A program made the position numbers and the translations under genes. DNA of 58,301 nt from NCBI GenBank assembly GCA_035559535.1, contig DATMBG010000038.1:1-58301 (forward strand), written 5' to 3'. Origin of the DNA: Candidatus Limnocylindrales bacterium (GTDB taxonomy: Bacteria; Moduliflexota; Moduliflexia; Moduliflexales; JAUQPW01). Each line of letters opens with the position of its first letter. The first letter of the stretch is position 1. This document shows, in pieces, positions 29,893-40,164 of this stretch. The notes beneath the pieces were generated by a model. The model was given only the letters and a program-made list of their open reading frames with translations. It did no database searches and had not been told where the DNA came from.

Positions 29893-30056
29893 ATGGGAGT
29901 ATGAAGGTATGGGGGTATGAGAGTATGGGAGTATGGAAGTGGGGAAGTGAGGAAGTATGGGGATATAGTCATTCCCCTACTTTCCCACTTCCTCACTCCC
30001 ACACCCCCATACCCCCACTTCCTCACTTCCCCACTTCCATACTCCCATACTCTCCT
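29893..30056. repeat. inverted array of 8-nt tandem repeats (hairpin cassette)
   Basis: About 9 ATGGGAGT-like units followed by about 10 complementary ACTCCCAT/ACTTCCCC-like units. Confidence 0.9.
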
Positions 30057-30059
30057 TAC

Positions 30060-31247
30060 ATGAAACCCCTGGACTATATTCGTGTAGTAGATTTATCCAG
30101 AATTTTAGCAGGTCCCTATTGCTCTATGATGTTGGGAGATATGGGTGCCGAAGTTATCAAGATAGAATCCGTTGAGGAAGGGGATGTGACCCGGGGTTGG
30201 GGACCTCCGTTTATCCAAGGAGAGAGTTCTTACTTCCTGAGTATAAACCGGAACAAGAAAAGCCTGACCTTAGACTTGAAACAGAAAGAGGGGCAACAAA
30301 TTTTAAGGGAACTTATTCAGAAATCCGATGTGATGCTGGAAAACTTTAGACCTGGAGTTCTGGATAAATTGGGATTCGGTTATGAGAGGGTTCGTGAGTT
30401 AAATCCCCGGATTATCTATTGTTCGGTTTCCGGATTTGGACATACCGGGCCGAGTAAAGATAAGCCCGGATTCGATCTGGTTCTTCAAGGGGAGGGTGGG
30501 ATTATGAGTTTGACGGGGGATCCTCAGGGACCTCCCATGAAGGTTGGAGTTTCTCAAGCCGATATGGTCTCGGGGATGCTGGCATTTCATGGGATTCTTC
30601 TTGCCTTGTTGGTTAGAGAGCGGACGGGAAGGGGTCAGAAAGTAGATATTTCCATGTTGGACGGTCAGGTAGCCCTCCTCAGCCATCAGGCGGGTATTTA
30701 CTTTGCTACGGGTAAAGCCCCCATGCGAAGGGGAAATGAGCACCCTGCGATTGTGCCTTATGAAACTTATGAAGCGGCCGATGGGTATATCAATATCGCC
30801 GTTGGGACAGAAGGGTTATGGGCCAGGTTTTGTGAGGTTATCGAAAGACCGGACTTAAGGGATGATCCCAGGTTCCGACGCAATGCAGACCGGGTTCAAA
30901 ATCATAAAGAGCTTAATTCCATTCTCAATCCCCTTTTTAAAGGAAAAAGGGTCCAGGAGTGGATCCTTAAACTGGAAGCCGCCGGAATCCCTTGCGGTCG
31001 AATTAAAAATGTAGCCGAAGTCTGTCAGGATCCGCAAGTTCTGGCTCGGGAGATGATTGTCTCCCTGCCACACCCGACCGTTGGAGAGGTGAAAATGACC
31101 GGGATTCCTATTAAATTATCCGAAACTCCTGGAGCCATAGAGTTACCACCTCCCCTGTTGGGGCAACATACAGAAGAAATCCTACAGCAGGTGTTAGGTT
31201 ACAGTGAGGAAAAGATCCGATTGCTGAGAGAGAAAAAGGTGATTTAA
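30060..31247 (+). CDS. CoA-transferase family III (CaiB/BaiF)
   Basis: DLSRILAGP, GAEVIKIE, NRNKKS, ENFRPG, PPLLGQHT; likely start MKPLDY at 30060. Confidence 0.93.
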   Translation: MKPLDYIRVVDLSRILAGPYCSMMLGDMGAEVIKIESVEEGDVTRGWGPPFIQGESSYFLSINRNKKSLTLDLKQKEGQQILRELIQKSDVMLENFRPGVLDKLGFGYERVRELNPRIIYCSVSGFGHTGPSKDKPGFDLVLQGEGGIMSLTGDPQGPPMKVGVSQADMVSGMLAFHGILLALLVRERTGRGQKVDISMLDGQVALLSHQAGIYFATGKAPMRRGNEHPAIVPYETYEAADGYINIAVGTEGLWARFCEVIERPDLRDDPRFRRNADRVQNHKELNSILNPLFKGKRVQEWILKLEAAGIPCGRIKNVAEVCQDPQVLAREMIVSLPHPTVGEVKMTGIPIKLSETPGAIELPPPLLGQHTEEILQQVLGYSEEKIRLLREKKVI

Positions 31248-31417
31248 TCCAGGTTAAAAGTAAGTGCTTATCATAAAGGCCCGGAGCACAATAAGTAAAA
31301 AGTATGGGAGTGTGGAAGTGGGGGGGGGATGGGGGTCTTCCATATCCTCCACTTCCACACTCCCATACTCTTCTACTTCCTTCGTGTCCTTTGTGGTGGG
31401 CTTTGATTAAAAAGTCA

Positions 31418-33223
31418 ATGGCCAATGAAAAGGAAAAGGTAGATCAACTGAAACCGCTGCGCCATTCGACCTCACATATTATGGCCGAGGCGGTCATGGA
31501 CTTATTTCCCGGTACGAAGATCGGAATCGGACCAGCCATTGAAAATGGGTTCTACTACGATTTTGAGCTGCCACGCCCGCTTACCCCGGAGGATCTCCCT
31601 CGGATCGAAGCACGAATGCGTGAAATTATTCGTGGGAACCATCCTTTTATCCATAGGGAGATGTCCATTGAAGAAGCTCGGGAATATTTCCGGGATCAAC
31701 CATACAAATTAGAGCTGATCGAAGGAATTGCCAGGGGTGAGTTGGGTACCCATGGGGAAGAAGATGCAAAACCCAGTGAAACGGTCTCCATTTATTCCCA
31801 CGATCACTTTACAGACTTGTGCGCGGGACCCCATGTGAGTCATACCGGTCAGATTCCGGAAAATGCCTTTAAACTCTTAAGTATTGCCGGAGCCTATTGG
31901 CGAGGTAATGAAAAAAACCCACAACTGACAAGGATCTATGGGACCGTCTGGGCCTCCAAAGCCGATCTGGACAGGTATCTCTGGACGTTGGAAGAGGCTA
32001 AAAAGCGGGATCATCGTAGGTTAGGAAAAGAATTGCAGTTATTTATTTTACCCGAAGAAGTGGGATCGGGATTGCCCATATGGCTCCCCAAAGGGGCTCA
32101 GGTTCGAAAGTTGATCGAAGAATTTGTCTATCAGAATCAGGTCGAGCGAGGGTACCAACATGTTTACTCTCCCCATATCGGCAAAAAACAATTATGGATT
32201 ACCAGCGGTCACTGGGATTTGTACAGTGATAAGATGTATGCACCCATGGACATCGAGGGGGTAGAATACCTGGTCAAACCCATGAATTGTCCCATGCATA
32301 TGATGGTGTATAAGTCCCAGTTACGTTCCTATAAAGATCTACCGATTCGGATTGCCGAAACGGCCACGGTGTATCGTCGTGAACAATCTGGTGAATTAAC
32401 GGGCCTTCTGCGTGTACGCATGATTACCCAGGATGACTCCCATATTTTTGCCCGACCCGATCAAGTTAAGGATGAATTTCTCCATGTGCTGGATCAGGCC
32501 CTTTATCAATTTGGTGTATTCGGATTTCAGGAGTTTGAGATGTGGGTTTCGGTCCGGGATCCCCGCAACAAATCCAAGTATTTGGGTGATGATGCCCAGT
32601 GGGAAAATGCCGAACGGGCCATCAAAGACGCGCTGGATTCGCGCCATCTGAAATATATTGTCGCAGAAGGGGAAGCCAAGTTTTACGGACCTGCTCTGGA
32701 CATTATGATTCGGGATGCATTAGGTCGCAAATGGCAGTGTACCACGATTCAGGTAGATTTCCAACTGCCAGAGCGCTTTCAACTGGAGTATATGGACTCC
32801 GAAAGTAAACCCCAAAGACCCGTCGTGTTGCATCGGGCTCCGCTGGGTTCCCTGGAGCGCTTTTTTGCAATTCTGATCGAGCAATATGCCGGAGCCTTTC
32901 CGGTTTGGCTGGCACCGGTTCAGATAAAAGTTATTACCATCTCAGATCGTCACCGGGATTATGCCTTTCAAGTGGCCTCACGCCTGCAGGCCGAGAAGTT
33001 CCGGGTTGAGGTTGATGACCGTTCAGAGCGGATGAATGCAAAGATTCGAGATGCCCAACTCCAGAAGATCCCTTACATGTTAATCGTAGGGGATAAGGAA
33101 ATGGAGGCCAAAGCCGTTGCCGTCCGTCTGCGTACCGGAGAGGATCTCAAGGCCATGCCCCTGGATGACTTCATTGCACTGGCCCGGCGGGTGGTAGAGG
33201 GCAAAAGCCTGGAGTTAAAGTAA
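31418..33223 (+). CDS. thrS: threonyl-tRNA synthetase (no N-terminal TGS domain)
   Basis: RHS, DLCAGPH, GAYWRG, KPMNCP, HRAPLGSLERF, KIPY; likely start MANEKE. Confidence 0.96.
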   Translation: MANEKEKVDQLKPLRHSTSHIMAEAVMDLFPGTKIGIGPAIENGFYYDFELPRPLTPEDLPRIEARMREIIRGNHPFIHREMSIEEAREYFRDQPYKLELIEGIARGELGTHGEEDAKPSETVSIYSHDHFTDLCAGPHVSHTGQIPENAFKLLSIAGAYWRGNEKNPQLTRIYGTVWASKADLDRYLWTLEEAKKRDHRRLGKELQLFILPEEVGSGLPIWLPKGAQVRKLIEEFVYQNQVERGYQHVYSPHIGKKQLWITSGHWDLYSDKMYAPMDIEGVEYLVKPMNCPMHMMVYKSQLRSYKDLPIRIAETATVYRREQSGELTGLLRVRMITQDDSHIFARPDQVKDEFLHVLDQALYQFGVFGFQEFEMWVSVRDPRNKSKYLGDDAQWENAERAIKDALDSRHLKYIVAEGEAKFYGPALDIMIRDALGRKWQCTTIQVDFQLPERFQLEYMDSESKPQRPVVLHRAPLGSLERFFAILIEQYAGAFPVWLAPVQIKVITISDRHRDYAFQVASRLQAEKFRVEVDDRSERMNAKIRDAQLQKIPYMLIVGDKEMEAKAVAVRLRTGEDLKAMPLDDFIALARRVVEGKSLELK

Positions 33224-33266
33224 TCAAGTTTTGGTAGGATTCCGGTGACTTTACCAACTTTTCCAC

Positions 33267-33295
33267 TTGACAACTTTTGGATAGAATGTTACTCT
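33267..33295 (+). promoter_or_regulatory. sigma70-type promoter for tRNA-Val/infC
   Basis: TTGACA-17bp-TACTCT with extended TG. Confidence 0.55.
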
Positions 33296-33342
33296 TTTAA
33301 AGGTTAAGAGAGGAGTTTTCCTCTTTTTAACCTTTATTTAGT

Positions 33343-33417
33343 AGGCACGTAGCTCAGTGGGAGAGCGCTACCTTGACACGGTAGAGGTCGATGGTTCAAT
33401 CCCATCCGTGCCTACCA
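33343..33417 (+). tRNA. tRNA-Val (GAC)
   Basis: Cloverleaf with AGGCACG/CGTGCCT acceptor stem, anticodon arm CTACC-TTGACAC-GGTAG, GGTTCAAT T-loop, encoded CCA. Confidence 0.97.
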
Positions 33418-33582
33418 TTAATTTTATTTGTTTGTCCTTATCCTTTGAGTCGGTAAAAAAATTCCTGATCTGGAGGAGCAGCCTTTAAAGATCAGGTAAG
33501 AGCGTTGCGTTGAACGATCCTTGAGAAAAGAAAGTGAAGAAATCTTTAATCCTCAAGATCGTTTGACCTTACGGGGGAATAC

Positions 33583-34119
33583 ATACTGGAAGTTGCCAGA
33601 GTAAATGAAAAAATTCGAGCCCGAGAAGTAAGGGTTATTAACCAAGACGGCGAGCAACTGGGGATTATGCCTTTAGAAAAGGCTTTGGAAGAGGCCCGAA
33701 AGGTTGATCTGGATCTCGTAGAAGTAGCGCCTGGTGCGACCCCGCCTGTATGTCGCATCATGGATTATGGAAAATATAAGTACCAGCAAAGCAAAAAGGC
33801 GCAGGAAGCTAAGAAAAAACAGGTCGTTATCCACATAAAAGAAATCAAAATTCGGCCTAAGACCGATGAACACGATTATCAATTCAAACTTCAACATCTG
33901 ATCAGATTTCTCAAGGAAGGTAATAAAGCTAAAGTTTCGGTGGTATTCAGGGGCCGGGAAATGATGCACGCCGACCTTGGACAGAAAATGCTGGAGCGTA
34001 TTGCTGAGGATATAAAAGAATTTGGAGTGGTCGAGCAAAAACCTAAGCTCGAAGGAAAAACCATGAGTATGATCCTTGTACCAAAGGCTAAAGGTACGGA
34101 ACAAAAGGCTAAAACGTAA
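33583..34119 (+). CDS. infC: translation initiation factor IF-3 (non-AUG start)
   Basis: Frame extends upstream of the ORF call as [25 protein letters not shown] at 33583 follows GGGGGA; DLVEVAP and FRGRE motifs. Confidence 0.95.
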   Translation: MLEVARVNEKIRAREVRVINQDGEQLGIMPLEKALEEARKVDLDLVEVAPGATPPVCRIMDYGKYKYQQSKKAQEAKKKQVVIHIKEIKIRPKTDEHDYQFKLQHLIRFLKEGNKAKVSVVFRGREMMHADLGQKMLERIAEDIKEFGVVEQKPKLEGKTMSMILVPKAKGTEQKAKT

Positions 34120-34192
34120 ATCAGGAGTCAGAAGCCAGGGGTTCCTAAGTTAAAGATTCTAACTTTTAACCCCTGCTGTGTTTTATTTAAAA

Positions 34193-34390
34193 ATGCCGAA
34201 GATCAAAACAAGACGGTCTGCTGCTAAACGGTTTAGAAAAACAGCTTCCGGAAAGTTCAAAAGAGAACGGGCCTACGGGAGCCATATTTTGACTAAAAAA
34301 TCCAGGAAGAGAAAGCGAAGACTCAAACAAAATACCCTCGTTTCAACGGAAGATCTGAAAAAGGTCAGACGGTTGCTACCCTATGCCTAA
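34193..34390 (+). CDS. rpmI: 50S ribosomal protein L35
   Basis: [20 protein letters not shown]. Confidence 0.96.
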   Translation: MPKIKTRRSAAKRFRKTASGKFKRERAYGSHILTKKSRKRKRRLKQNTLVSTEDLKKVRRLLPYA

Positions 34391-34474
34391 AACATAAAAC
34401 GTAAAACGTAAAGAGTTTGCGGCCTCTTGGGAGTTGGTTACTTTTTTACGTTTTACGTTTTATGTTTTAAATTC

Positions 34475-34840
34475 ATGTCTAGAGTTAAAGGTGGAAATAA
34501 AAGATTAAAAAGAAGGAAGAAGATTTTAAAGCTGGCTAAAGGCTTCGTAGGGAGTAGACACAGGTTATTCAGGACAGCCAAAGAAGCTGTCATGAGGTCT
34601 TTACGCTATGCTTATCGAGATAGAAGGACCCGGAAGAGAAATTTCAGAAAATTATGGATTACCCGTATTAATGCCGGAGTAAGGGAACATGGACTTTCTT
34701 ATAGCCAGTTCATGTATGGGCTTAAACTTGCGCAGGTAAAACTGGATAGAAAAGTCCTTGCCGATATGGCCGTTCGGGATCCCCAGGCTTTTTCCGATTT
34801 GGTCCAACTCTCCAAAAATACCCTTCAGCCTACCTCTTAA
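34475..34840 (+). CDS. rplT: 50S ribosomal protein L20
   Basis: [28 protein letters not shown]. Confidence 0.97.
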   Translation: MSRVKGGNKRLKRRKKILKLAKGFVGSRHRLFRTAKEAVMRSLRYAYRDRRTRKRNFRKLWITRINAGVREHGLSYSQFMYGLKLAQVKLDRKVLADMAVRDPQAFSDLVQLSKNTLQPTS

Positions 34841-34915
34841 AGACGAAGGGGAAAGGCGAAGGGGAAAAGGTAAAGAATCTTTACCTTTTCCCCTTCGCCT
34901 TTCCCCTTTAATCGG

Positions 34916-35950
34916 GTGAGTAGTCTCAACGAGATTTTAACCGAGATAAGCTCCATAAGGGCAGAGGCTCAAAAAGAGTTCCAAAGTGCTCAAAACCAGA
35001 TAGAATTGTCTCAAATCAAGGCGAAATACCTGGGTCGTCAGGGTTCGGTCACCCGGTTACTTAAACGACTTTCAGAACTGTCCCCGGAGGAAAGACCTCA
35101 GATAGGAAGTGCGATGAATCTTCTCAAAGATGAGCTCAACGAGCTTTATGAGAAGATGGAGCTTAAGATCAAGAAAAATGCTCAGTTGCGGGCCTTGGAG
35201 CAGGAACGGATAGATATTACCCTACCCGGAAGACGGCCACCTTATGGTCGAAAGCATCCCCTTACCCAGATAACCGACGAGATCAAGGAGATATTCCAGG
35301 GAATGGGTTTCGCTATCGCAGAAGGCCCTGAGGTTGAGTACGATTATTATAATTTTGAAGCTTTAAACATGCCTAAGAACCATCCGGCCAGGGATATGCA
35401 AGATACTTTCTATATCTCCGAGGATATCGTGTTGAGAACCCATACTTCCCCGGTTCAAGTTCGGGTTATGGAAGCCCATAAGCCCCCTATCCGGGTCATC
35501 GTGCCAGGTAAGGTCTATCGCCACGACTCGGATATCACCCATAGTCCCATGTTCCATCAGGTCGAGGGGCTTCTGGTCGATGAGAAGGTTACCCTGGGGG
35601 ATCTCAAAGGGACCCTGGAAGTCTTCGTCCATAAGATGTTTGGTAAAGAAACGCGGCTCCGTTTTAGAGCCAGTTTCTTCCCCTTCACGGAGCCCAGTGC
35701 AGAAGTGGATATCTCTTGTATGATCTGCAAGGGAAATGGCTGTCGGGTATGCTCCCAAACCGGCTGGTTAGAGATTCTGGGGTGTGGGATGGTAGATCCA
35801 GCCGTTTTTAAAGCCGTGAATTATGATTCGGAAAAGTATACAGGATTTGCCTTTGGCATGGGTGTGGAGCGAATTGCCATGTTAAAGTATGGGATCGATG
35901 ATATCCGATTGTTTTTTGAAAGTGATTTGAGATTCTTGAAACAATTCTAA
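34916..35950 (+). CDS. pheS: phenylalanyl-tRNA synthetase alpha
   Basis: HPARDMQDTF, LRTHTSPVQ, FPFTEPS, GFAFGMGVER. Confidence 0.98.
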   Translation: MSSLNEILTEISSIRAEAQKEFQSAQNQIELSQIKAKYLGRQGSVTRLLKRLSELSPEERPQIGSAMNLLKDELNELYEKMELKIKKNAQLRALEQERIDITLPGRRPPYGRKHPLTQITDEIKEIFQGMGFAIAEGPEVEYDYYNFEALNMPKNHPARDMQDTFYISEDIVLRTHTSPVQVRVMEAHKPPIRVIVPGKVYRHDSDITHSPMFHQVEGLLVDEKVTLGDLKGTLEVFVHKMFGKETRLRFRASFFPFTEPSAEVDISCMICKGNGCRVCSQTGWLEILGCGMVDPAVFKAVNYDSEKYTGFAFGMGVERIAMLKYGIDDIRLFFESDLRFLKQF

Positions 35951-36066
35951 GCCGGGAACCAGAGACCGGAGACTTGTTTGTGGCCGGTTTTCCAACCCCG
36001 GTCTCCGGGCTCTAAGCATGCACCCCGGCCTGTCCGGTAGACAGATTAAGTCTCCAGCCTCCAGAA

Positions 36067-38520
36067 ATGAAAGTAAGTTATAGCTGGCTAAAAGATTATG
36101 TAGACTCCCCTTTATCGGTGGAAGAGATCGCAGAGAGCTTGACCAGAGCAGGCCTGCAGGTGGAGAGTATCCTTCGACAATCTCCTGGTTTCCAGGGGGT
36201 CGTGGTAGGTCGAATCCGACAAATTCAACAACATCCCCAATCGGATAAATTATCCATTTGCCTGGTAGAAGCGGGTCCTGGACACGAATTTTCGGTAGTA
36301 TGTGGGGCTCCCAATGTGGTGGTAGGAGCTAAGGTCCCGCTGGCCCTGGAAGGAGCCGAACTGGCCGATGGAACCCGGATAACTTCCTCCAAAATCCGGG
36401 GAGTTCTCTCCCAGGGGATGATCTGTTCCGAGAAGGAACTAGGCCTGAGTGAGATTGCCGATCGAATCCTGATTCTTCCTGAACAGACCCCGGTAGGAGT
36501 TCCGTTATCGGAGGTCTTGTCGGAGCACCAGGATATTATTTTAGAAATTGCCATCACTCCCAATCGGGGGGATTGCCTCAGTTTGATTGGGATAGCTCGG
36601 GAAGTCGCCGCCTTAACCAATGGCGTGCTTAAAAAACCTTCTATAACCCTTCAGGCCCCGGGTGCGCCTATTTCCCAGTTTACCTCTGTAACCCTCCAGG
36701 CTCCTTCCCTATGCCCCCGCTATACCGCCAGTTTAATTCGTCAGGTAGAGATAAAACCCTCTCCGGCCTGGTTAAAAAGTCGATTAGAAGCGGTGGGAAT
36801 TCGGTCCATTAACAATGTGGTCGACGTGACCAACTACGTCATGATGGAATGGGGTCAACCGCTCCACGCCTTTGATTTTGATAAATTGGAAAATCACCGA
36901 ATTGTAGTACGACAGGCCAGGGAAAATGAAAAACTTACAACATTGGATGGAGTCGAACGGATTTTGGATCCTGAAATGCTGGTGATTGCCGATGGGAAGA
37001 GGGCCATAGGCATTGCAGGGATCATGGGAGGGCTCAATACGGAGGTGGAGAATACCACCCGACAGATTCTTTTGGAAAGTGCTTTTTTCTCCCCCGAGAG
37101 TATTCGCAGGACTTCAAAAAAATTAGGATTACGTACCGAGGCCAGTTATCGATTTGAAAGGGGGGTTGATCCCTTAGGAACCCCCATTGCGCTCAAACGG
37201 GCAACGCAACTTATTCAGGAAGTAGCCGGAGGGGAGGTTGCGTCGGGAATTATCGATGAATTTCCTGTTCCTTTCTCTCCAACCCGGCTATCCCTTCGAA
37301 CTCAGCGGGCTCAACAGATTTTAGGTGTCGACCTGACCGCCCGACAGATGAAATCTATCCTGGTAAGTTTAGAATTTTCGGTTTCTGAGAAATCCGATGA
37401 AATCCTCGATGTGGAAGTCCCTTCCCATCGCTCCGATATCACCCGTGAGATTGATCTCATTGAAGAAGTCGGAAGAATCTATGGCTACGATAAGATCCCT
37501 TCCACCCTTCCTTCGGGAAGGATTGTTCCCCAGGATGAAAAAATCTCCCGGAAAGTAGAAAGCCTGGTTCAGCAGGTTCTTATCGGTGAGGGCTTTTATG
37601 AGGTTATCAATTATAGTTTTATGGGTAAATCTGCTCTGGATAAACTCAAAATACCCGAATCAGACTATCGAAGAAAGACCGTTACCTTAGAAAATCCCAT
37701 TATTGAAGAGCAGAATCAACTCAGGACTACCCTTATTCCTCATCTTCTTCAAAATGCTCACCTGAATTTCAAATATAATGTAGATTCTTTAAGGCTTTTC
37801 GAGATCAGTCGGGTTTTTATACATAGGGACGGATCTGTTTCCAGGGTCGGTGGGGAAACCGGGTCAGCCCGCGAAATAGCCCTATTACCCGAAGAACCTC
37901 TTTTCGTAGCCGGTGTGATGGGAGGTTATCGAGAAGAGGTTTACTGGGGAGAGGCCAGAAAGCCGGTAACTTTCTATGATCTAAAAGGGGTTCTTGAAAA
38001 TATCTTCTCAATTCTCAAGGTTTCTTATAAGCTACAAAACGCCCAAATCCCTTTTTTACATCCCGGTCAGAGTGCGGAAATTCAAGTTGAGGGACAAACC
38101 GTGGGATATCTGGGAAAGATCCATCCCGAGGTAGCCGAAGTCTATGAGTTGGAGCAGCCTATCTATCTTTTTGAGATGAATCTGGATCAGATTATTCCCC
38201 ATGTACGTCCATCGGTATCTTTCAAACCACTACCCAAGTTTCCCTCTGTTCGCCGGGATTTAGCCGTTTTAGTTCCTCTGACAGTAAAAGCGGAGGAGGT
38301 TGAAACCCAAATCCGGAGGGCGGCCGGGCCTATTCTGGAAGATGTTAGATTGTTCGATTTGTATCAGGGGGAGCAAATTGCAAAAGGTTTTGTCAGTTTA
38401 GCTTATTCCCTGGTTTATAGAAACCCAGAAAGAACCCTCACAGATGCCGAAGTCAATTCGGTTCACAGTGAAGTGATTCAGAGCCTTGAACGAACCCTGG
38501 GTGCCCGATTAAGAGAATAG
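36067..38520 (+). CDS. pheT: phenylalanyl-tRNA synthetase beta
   Basis: VCGAPN, TPNRGDCLS, GQPLHAFD, RFERGVD, DLIEEV, RTLTDAEV. Confidence 0.97.
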   Translation: MKVSYSWLKDYVDSPLSVEEIAESLTRAGLQVESILRQSPGFQGVVVGRIRQIQQHPQSDKLSICLVEAGPGHEFSVVCGAPNVVVGAKVPLALEGAELADGTRITSSKIRGVLSQGMICSEKELGLSEIADRILILPEQTPVGVPLSEVLSEHQDIILEIAITPNRGDCLSLIGIAREVAALTNGVLKKPSITLQAPGAPISQFTSVTLQAPSLCPRYTASLIRQVEIKPSPAWLKSRLEAVGIRSINNVVDVTNYVMMEWGQPLHAFDFDKLENHRIVVRQARENEKLTTLDGVERILDPEMLVIADGKRAIGIAGIMGGLNTEVENTTRQILLESAFFSPESIRRTSKKLGLRTEASYRFERGVDPLGTPIALKRATQLIQEVAGGEVASGIIDEFPVPFSPTRLSLRTQRAQQILGVDLTARQMKSILVSLEFSVSEKSDEILDVEVPSHRSDITREIDLIEEVGRIYGYDKIPSTLPSGRIVPQDEKISRKVESLVQQVLIGEGFYEVINYSFMGKSALDKLKIPESDYRRKTVTLENPIIEEQNQLRTTLIPHLLQNAHLNFKYNVDSLRLFEISRVFIHRDGSVSRVGGETGSAREIALLPEEPLFVAGVMGGYREEVYWGEARKPVTFYDLKGVLENIFSILKVSYKLQNAQIPFLHPGQSAEIQVEGQTVGYLGKIHPEVAEVYELEQPIYLFEMNLDQIIPHVRPSVSFKPLPKFPSVRRDLAVLVPLTVKAEEVETQIRRAAGPILEDVRLFDLYQGEQIAKGFVSLAYSLVYRNPERTLTDAEVNSVHSEVIQSLERTLGARLRE

Positions 38521-38600
38521 GCAGGGCTTGCAGGATTTACGGAATTCCAGCGTAAAGTTCTGTAACTGTTGTAAGTCCTGGCTATCGAATCTTTGATATT

Positions 38601-39458
38601 TTGGCGAAGATTATAGACGGTAAGGCCGTTTCAGAACAAATACGGGAAGCTCTGAAGAAAAAGATAGAAACCTTACGGAGTAAGTATGGAAAGTCTCCCG
38701 GATTAGCCGTCGTTTTGGTAGGCGATAATCCGGCTTCGCAAATTTATATCCAAAACAAACGAAAGGCTTGTGAGTATGTGGGAATTCGATCCTATTACCA
38801 TCAGCTGGATGCCCATACCCCCCAAGAAAAACTCCTCGACTTAATTCACAAGTTCAATCAAGATCCACAGATTCACGGAATTTTAGTCCAACTCCCACTT
38901 CCCAAGCATATTTCTGAGGAAAAGATTTTAACCTCTATTTTGCCTGAGAAAGACATTGATGGTTTTCACCCTCTGAATGTGGGTAAACTGGTTTCCAATA
39001 CACCCGGTCTAAGACCCTGTACGCCTGCCGGAATTATAGAGCTTTTGGATTACTATAACATCCCTATAGAGGGCCGGCATGCCGTTGTAGTGGGTCGAAG
39101 TAATATCGTGGGTAAGCCCCTTGCGTTAATGTTACTTCACCGTCATGCCACGGTCACCATCTGTCATTCCAGAACCTTATCTCTGAGTTCCCATACCCGT
39201 CAGGCCGATATTCTCGTTGCCGCCATAGGAAAGCCCCAATTTATAAGGGGGGATATGGTGAAGGAAAATGCGGTGGTGGTGGATGTGGGAATTAATAGGG
39301 TAGATGGAAGGCTGGTAGGGGATGTGGATTTTGAATCTGTAGCTACAAAAGCCGCGGCCATTACGCCGGTTCCCGGTGGCGTCGGTCCCATGACCATCAT
39401 AAGGTTATTGGAAAATACGGTGCAAGCTTTTGAGAGCCTAATAACCCCTAACCCTTAG
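38601..39458 (+). CDS. folD: methylenetetrahydrofolate dehydrogenase/cyclohydrolase
   Basis: GILVQLPLP, KDIDGFHP, PCTP, GRSNIVGKP, TPVPGGVGPMT. Confidence 0.97.
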   Translation: MAKIIDGKAVSEQIREALKKKIETLRSKYGKSPGLAVVLVGDNPASQIYIQNKRKACEYVGIRSYYHQLDAHTPQEKLLDLIHKFNQDPQIHGILVQLPLPKHISEEKILTSILPEKDIDGFHPLNVGKLVSNTPGLRPCTPAGIIELLDYYNIPIEGRHAVVVGRSNIVGKPLALMLLHRHATVTICHSRTLSLSSHTRQADILVAAIGKPQFIRGDMVKENAVVVDVGINRVDGRLVGDVDFESVATKAAAITPVPGGVGPMTIIRLLENTVQAFESLITPNP

Positions 39459-39520
39459 TTCTTGGTTTAGCGGATATGTCGCCAAACTAGGAACTGTAGG
39501 GAGACATCAGGAGGAAGTAT

Positions 39521-40000
39521 ATGTTCTCAGTTGGTGATAAGGTTGTCTATCCGGCCCATGGGGTAGGAAGAATAGAAGCAATTGTTGAAAAGGAAGTCGC
39601 AGGAGAAAAGATGAGCTTTTATGTTCTCAGTATTTATGGTAAGGATGTTAAAATTATGGTTCCCACCCTCAATGCCGATAAGGTGGGTCTCAGGCAAGTG
39701 GTCCGGGAAGAGGAGCTTGAGAAGGTGTTTCATATCCTCAAGGATGGAATCGATAAGATGCCTTCAAAATGGAACAAGAGATATCTTTTTAATATGGATA
39801 AAATCAAGACCGGCTCTATTTATGAAATTGCCGAAGTGTTTCGTAATTTAACGCTGCTTAGCAAAGAAAAAGAGCTCTCTTTTGGCGAGAAGAAAATGCT
39901 GGATAGCACCCGGGACTTGATTGTTAAGGAAATTGCCTATTCAAAAAAAATCGAGACCTCTCAGGCGGAAACTTTGGTCAATAAATATTGCGATGTTTAA
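39521..40000 (+). CDS. carD: CarD/CdnL transcription regulator
   Basis: FSVGDKVVYPAHGVG, WNKRY, LSFGEKKML. Confidence 0.95.
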   Translation: MFSVGDKVVYPAHGVGRIEAIVEKEVAGEKMSFYVLSIYGKDVKIMVPTLNADKVGLRQVVREEELEKVFHILKDGIDKMPSKWNKRYLFNMDKIKTGSIYEIAEVFRNLTLLSKEKELSFGEKKMLDSTRDLIVKEIAYSKKIETSQAETLVNKYCDV

Positions 40001-40164
40001 ATATTTTAGTGTTTTCTAAAAGACCAGAAAGGTGATATTATATTAATAACATCATCCTACAAGGGGTTAAAATCATACCAAAAGGTATTACTCCTTGTTT
40101 TTTTGTTAAAGGTAGAGGAGGTAAGGGGGTGATGAGCTTCTAAATATTCTATATAAGGTAAGGG

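Noticed and set aside
29893-30056. Possible CRISPR array
   Set aside because: 8-nt units with no spacers, fold-back arrangement, and no cas genes in the window.
29862-30059. 66-aa N-terminal extension of the CoA transferase ORF
   Set aside because: It is translated octamer repeat (VWGYESMGVWKWG/PHSHTP); the family N-terminus begins at MKPLDY, 30060.
31304-31417. N-terminal extension of thrS
   Set aside because: Read-through of the octamer hairpin, not a TGS domain.
33343-33417. tRNA-Val as an integration site
   Set aside because: No integrase and no duplicated tRNA 3' end noticed in the window.
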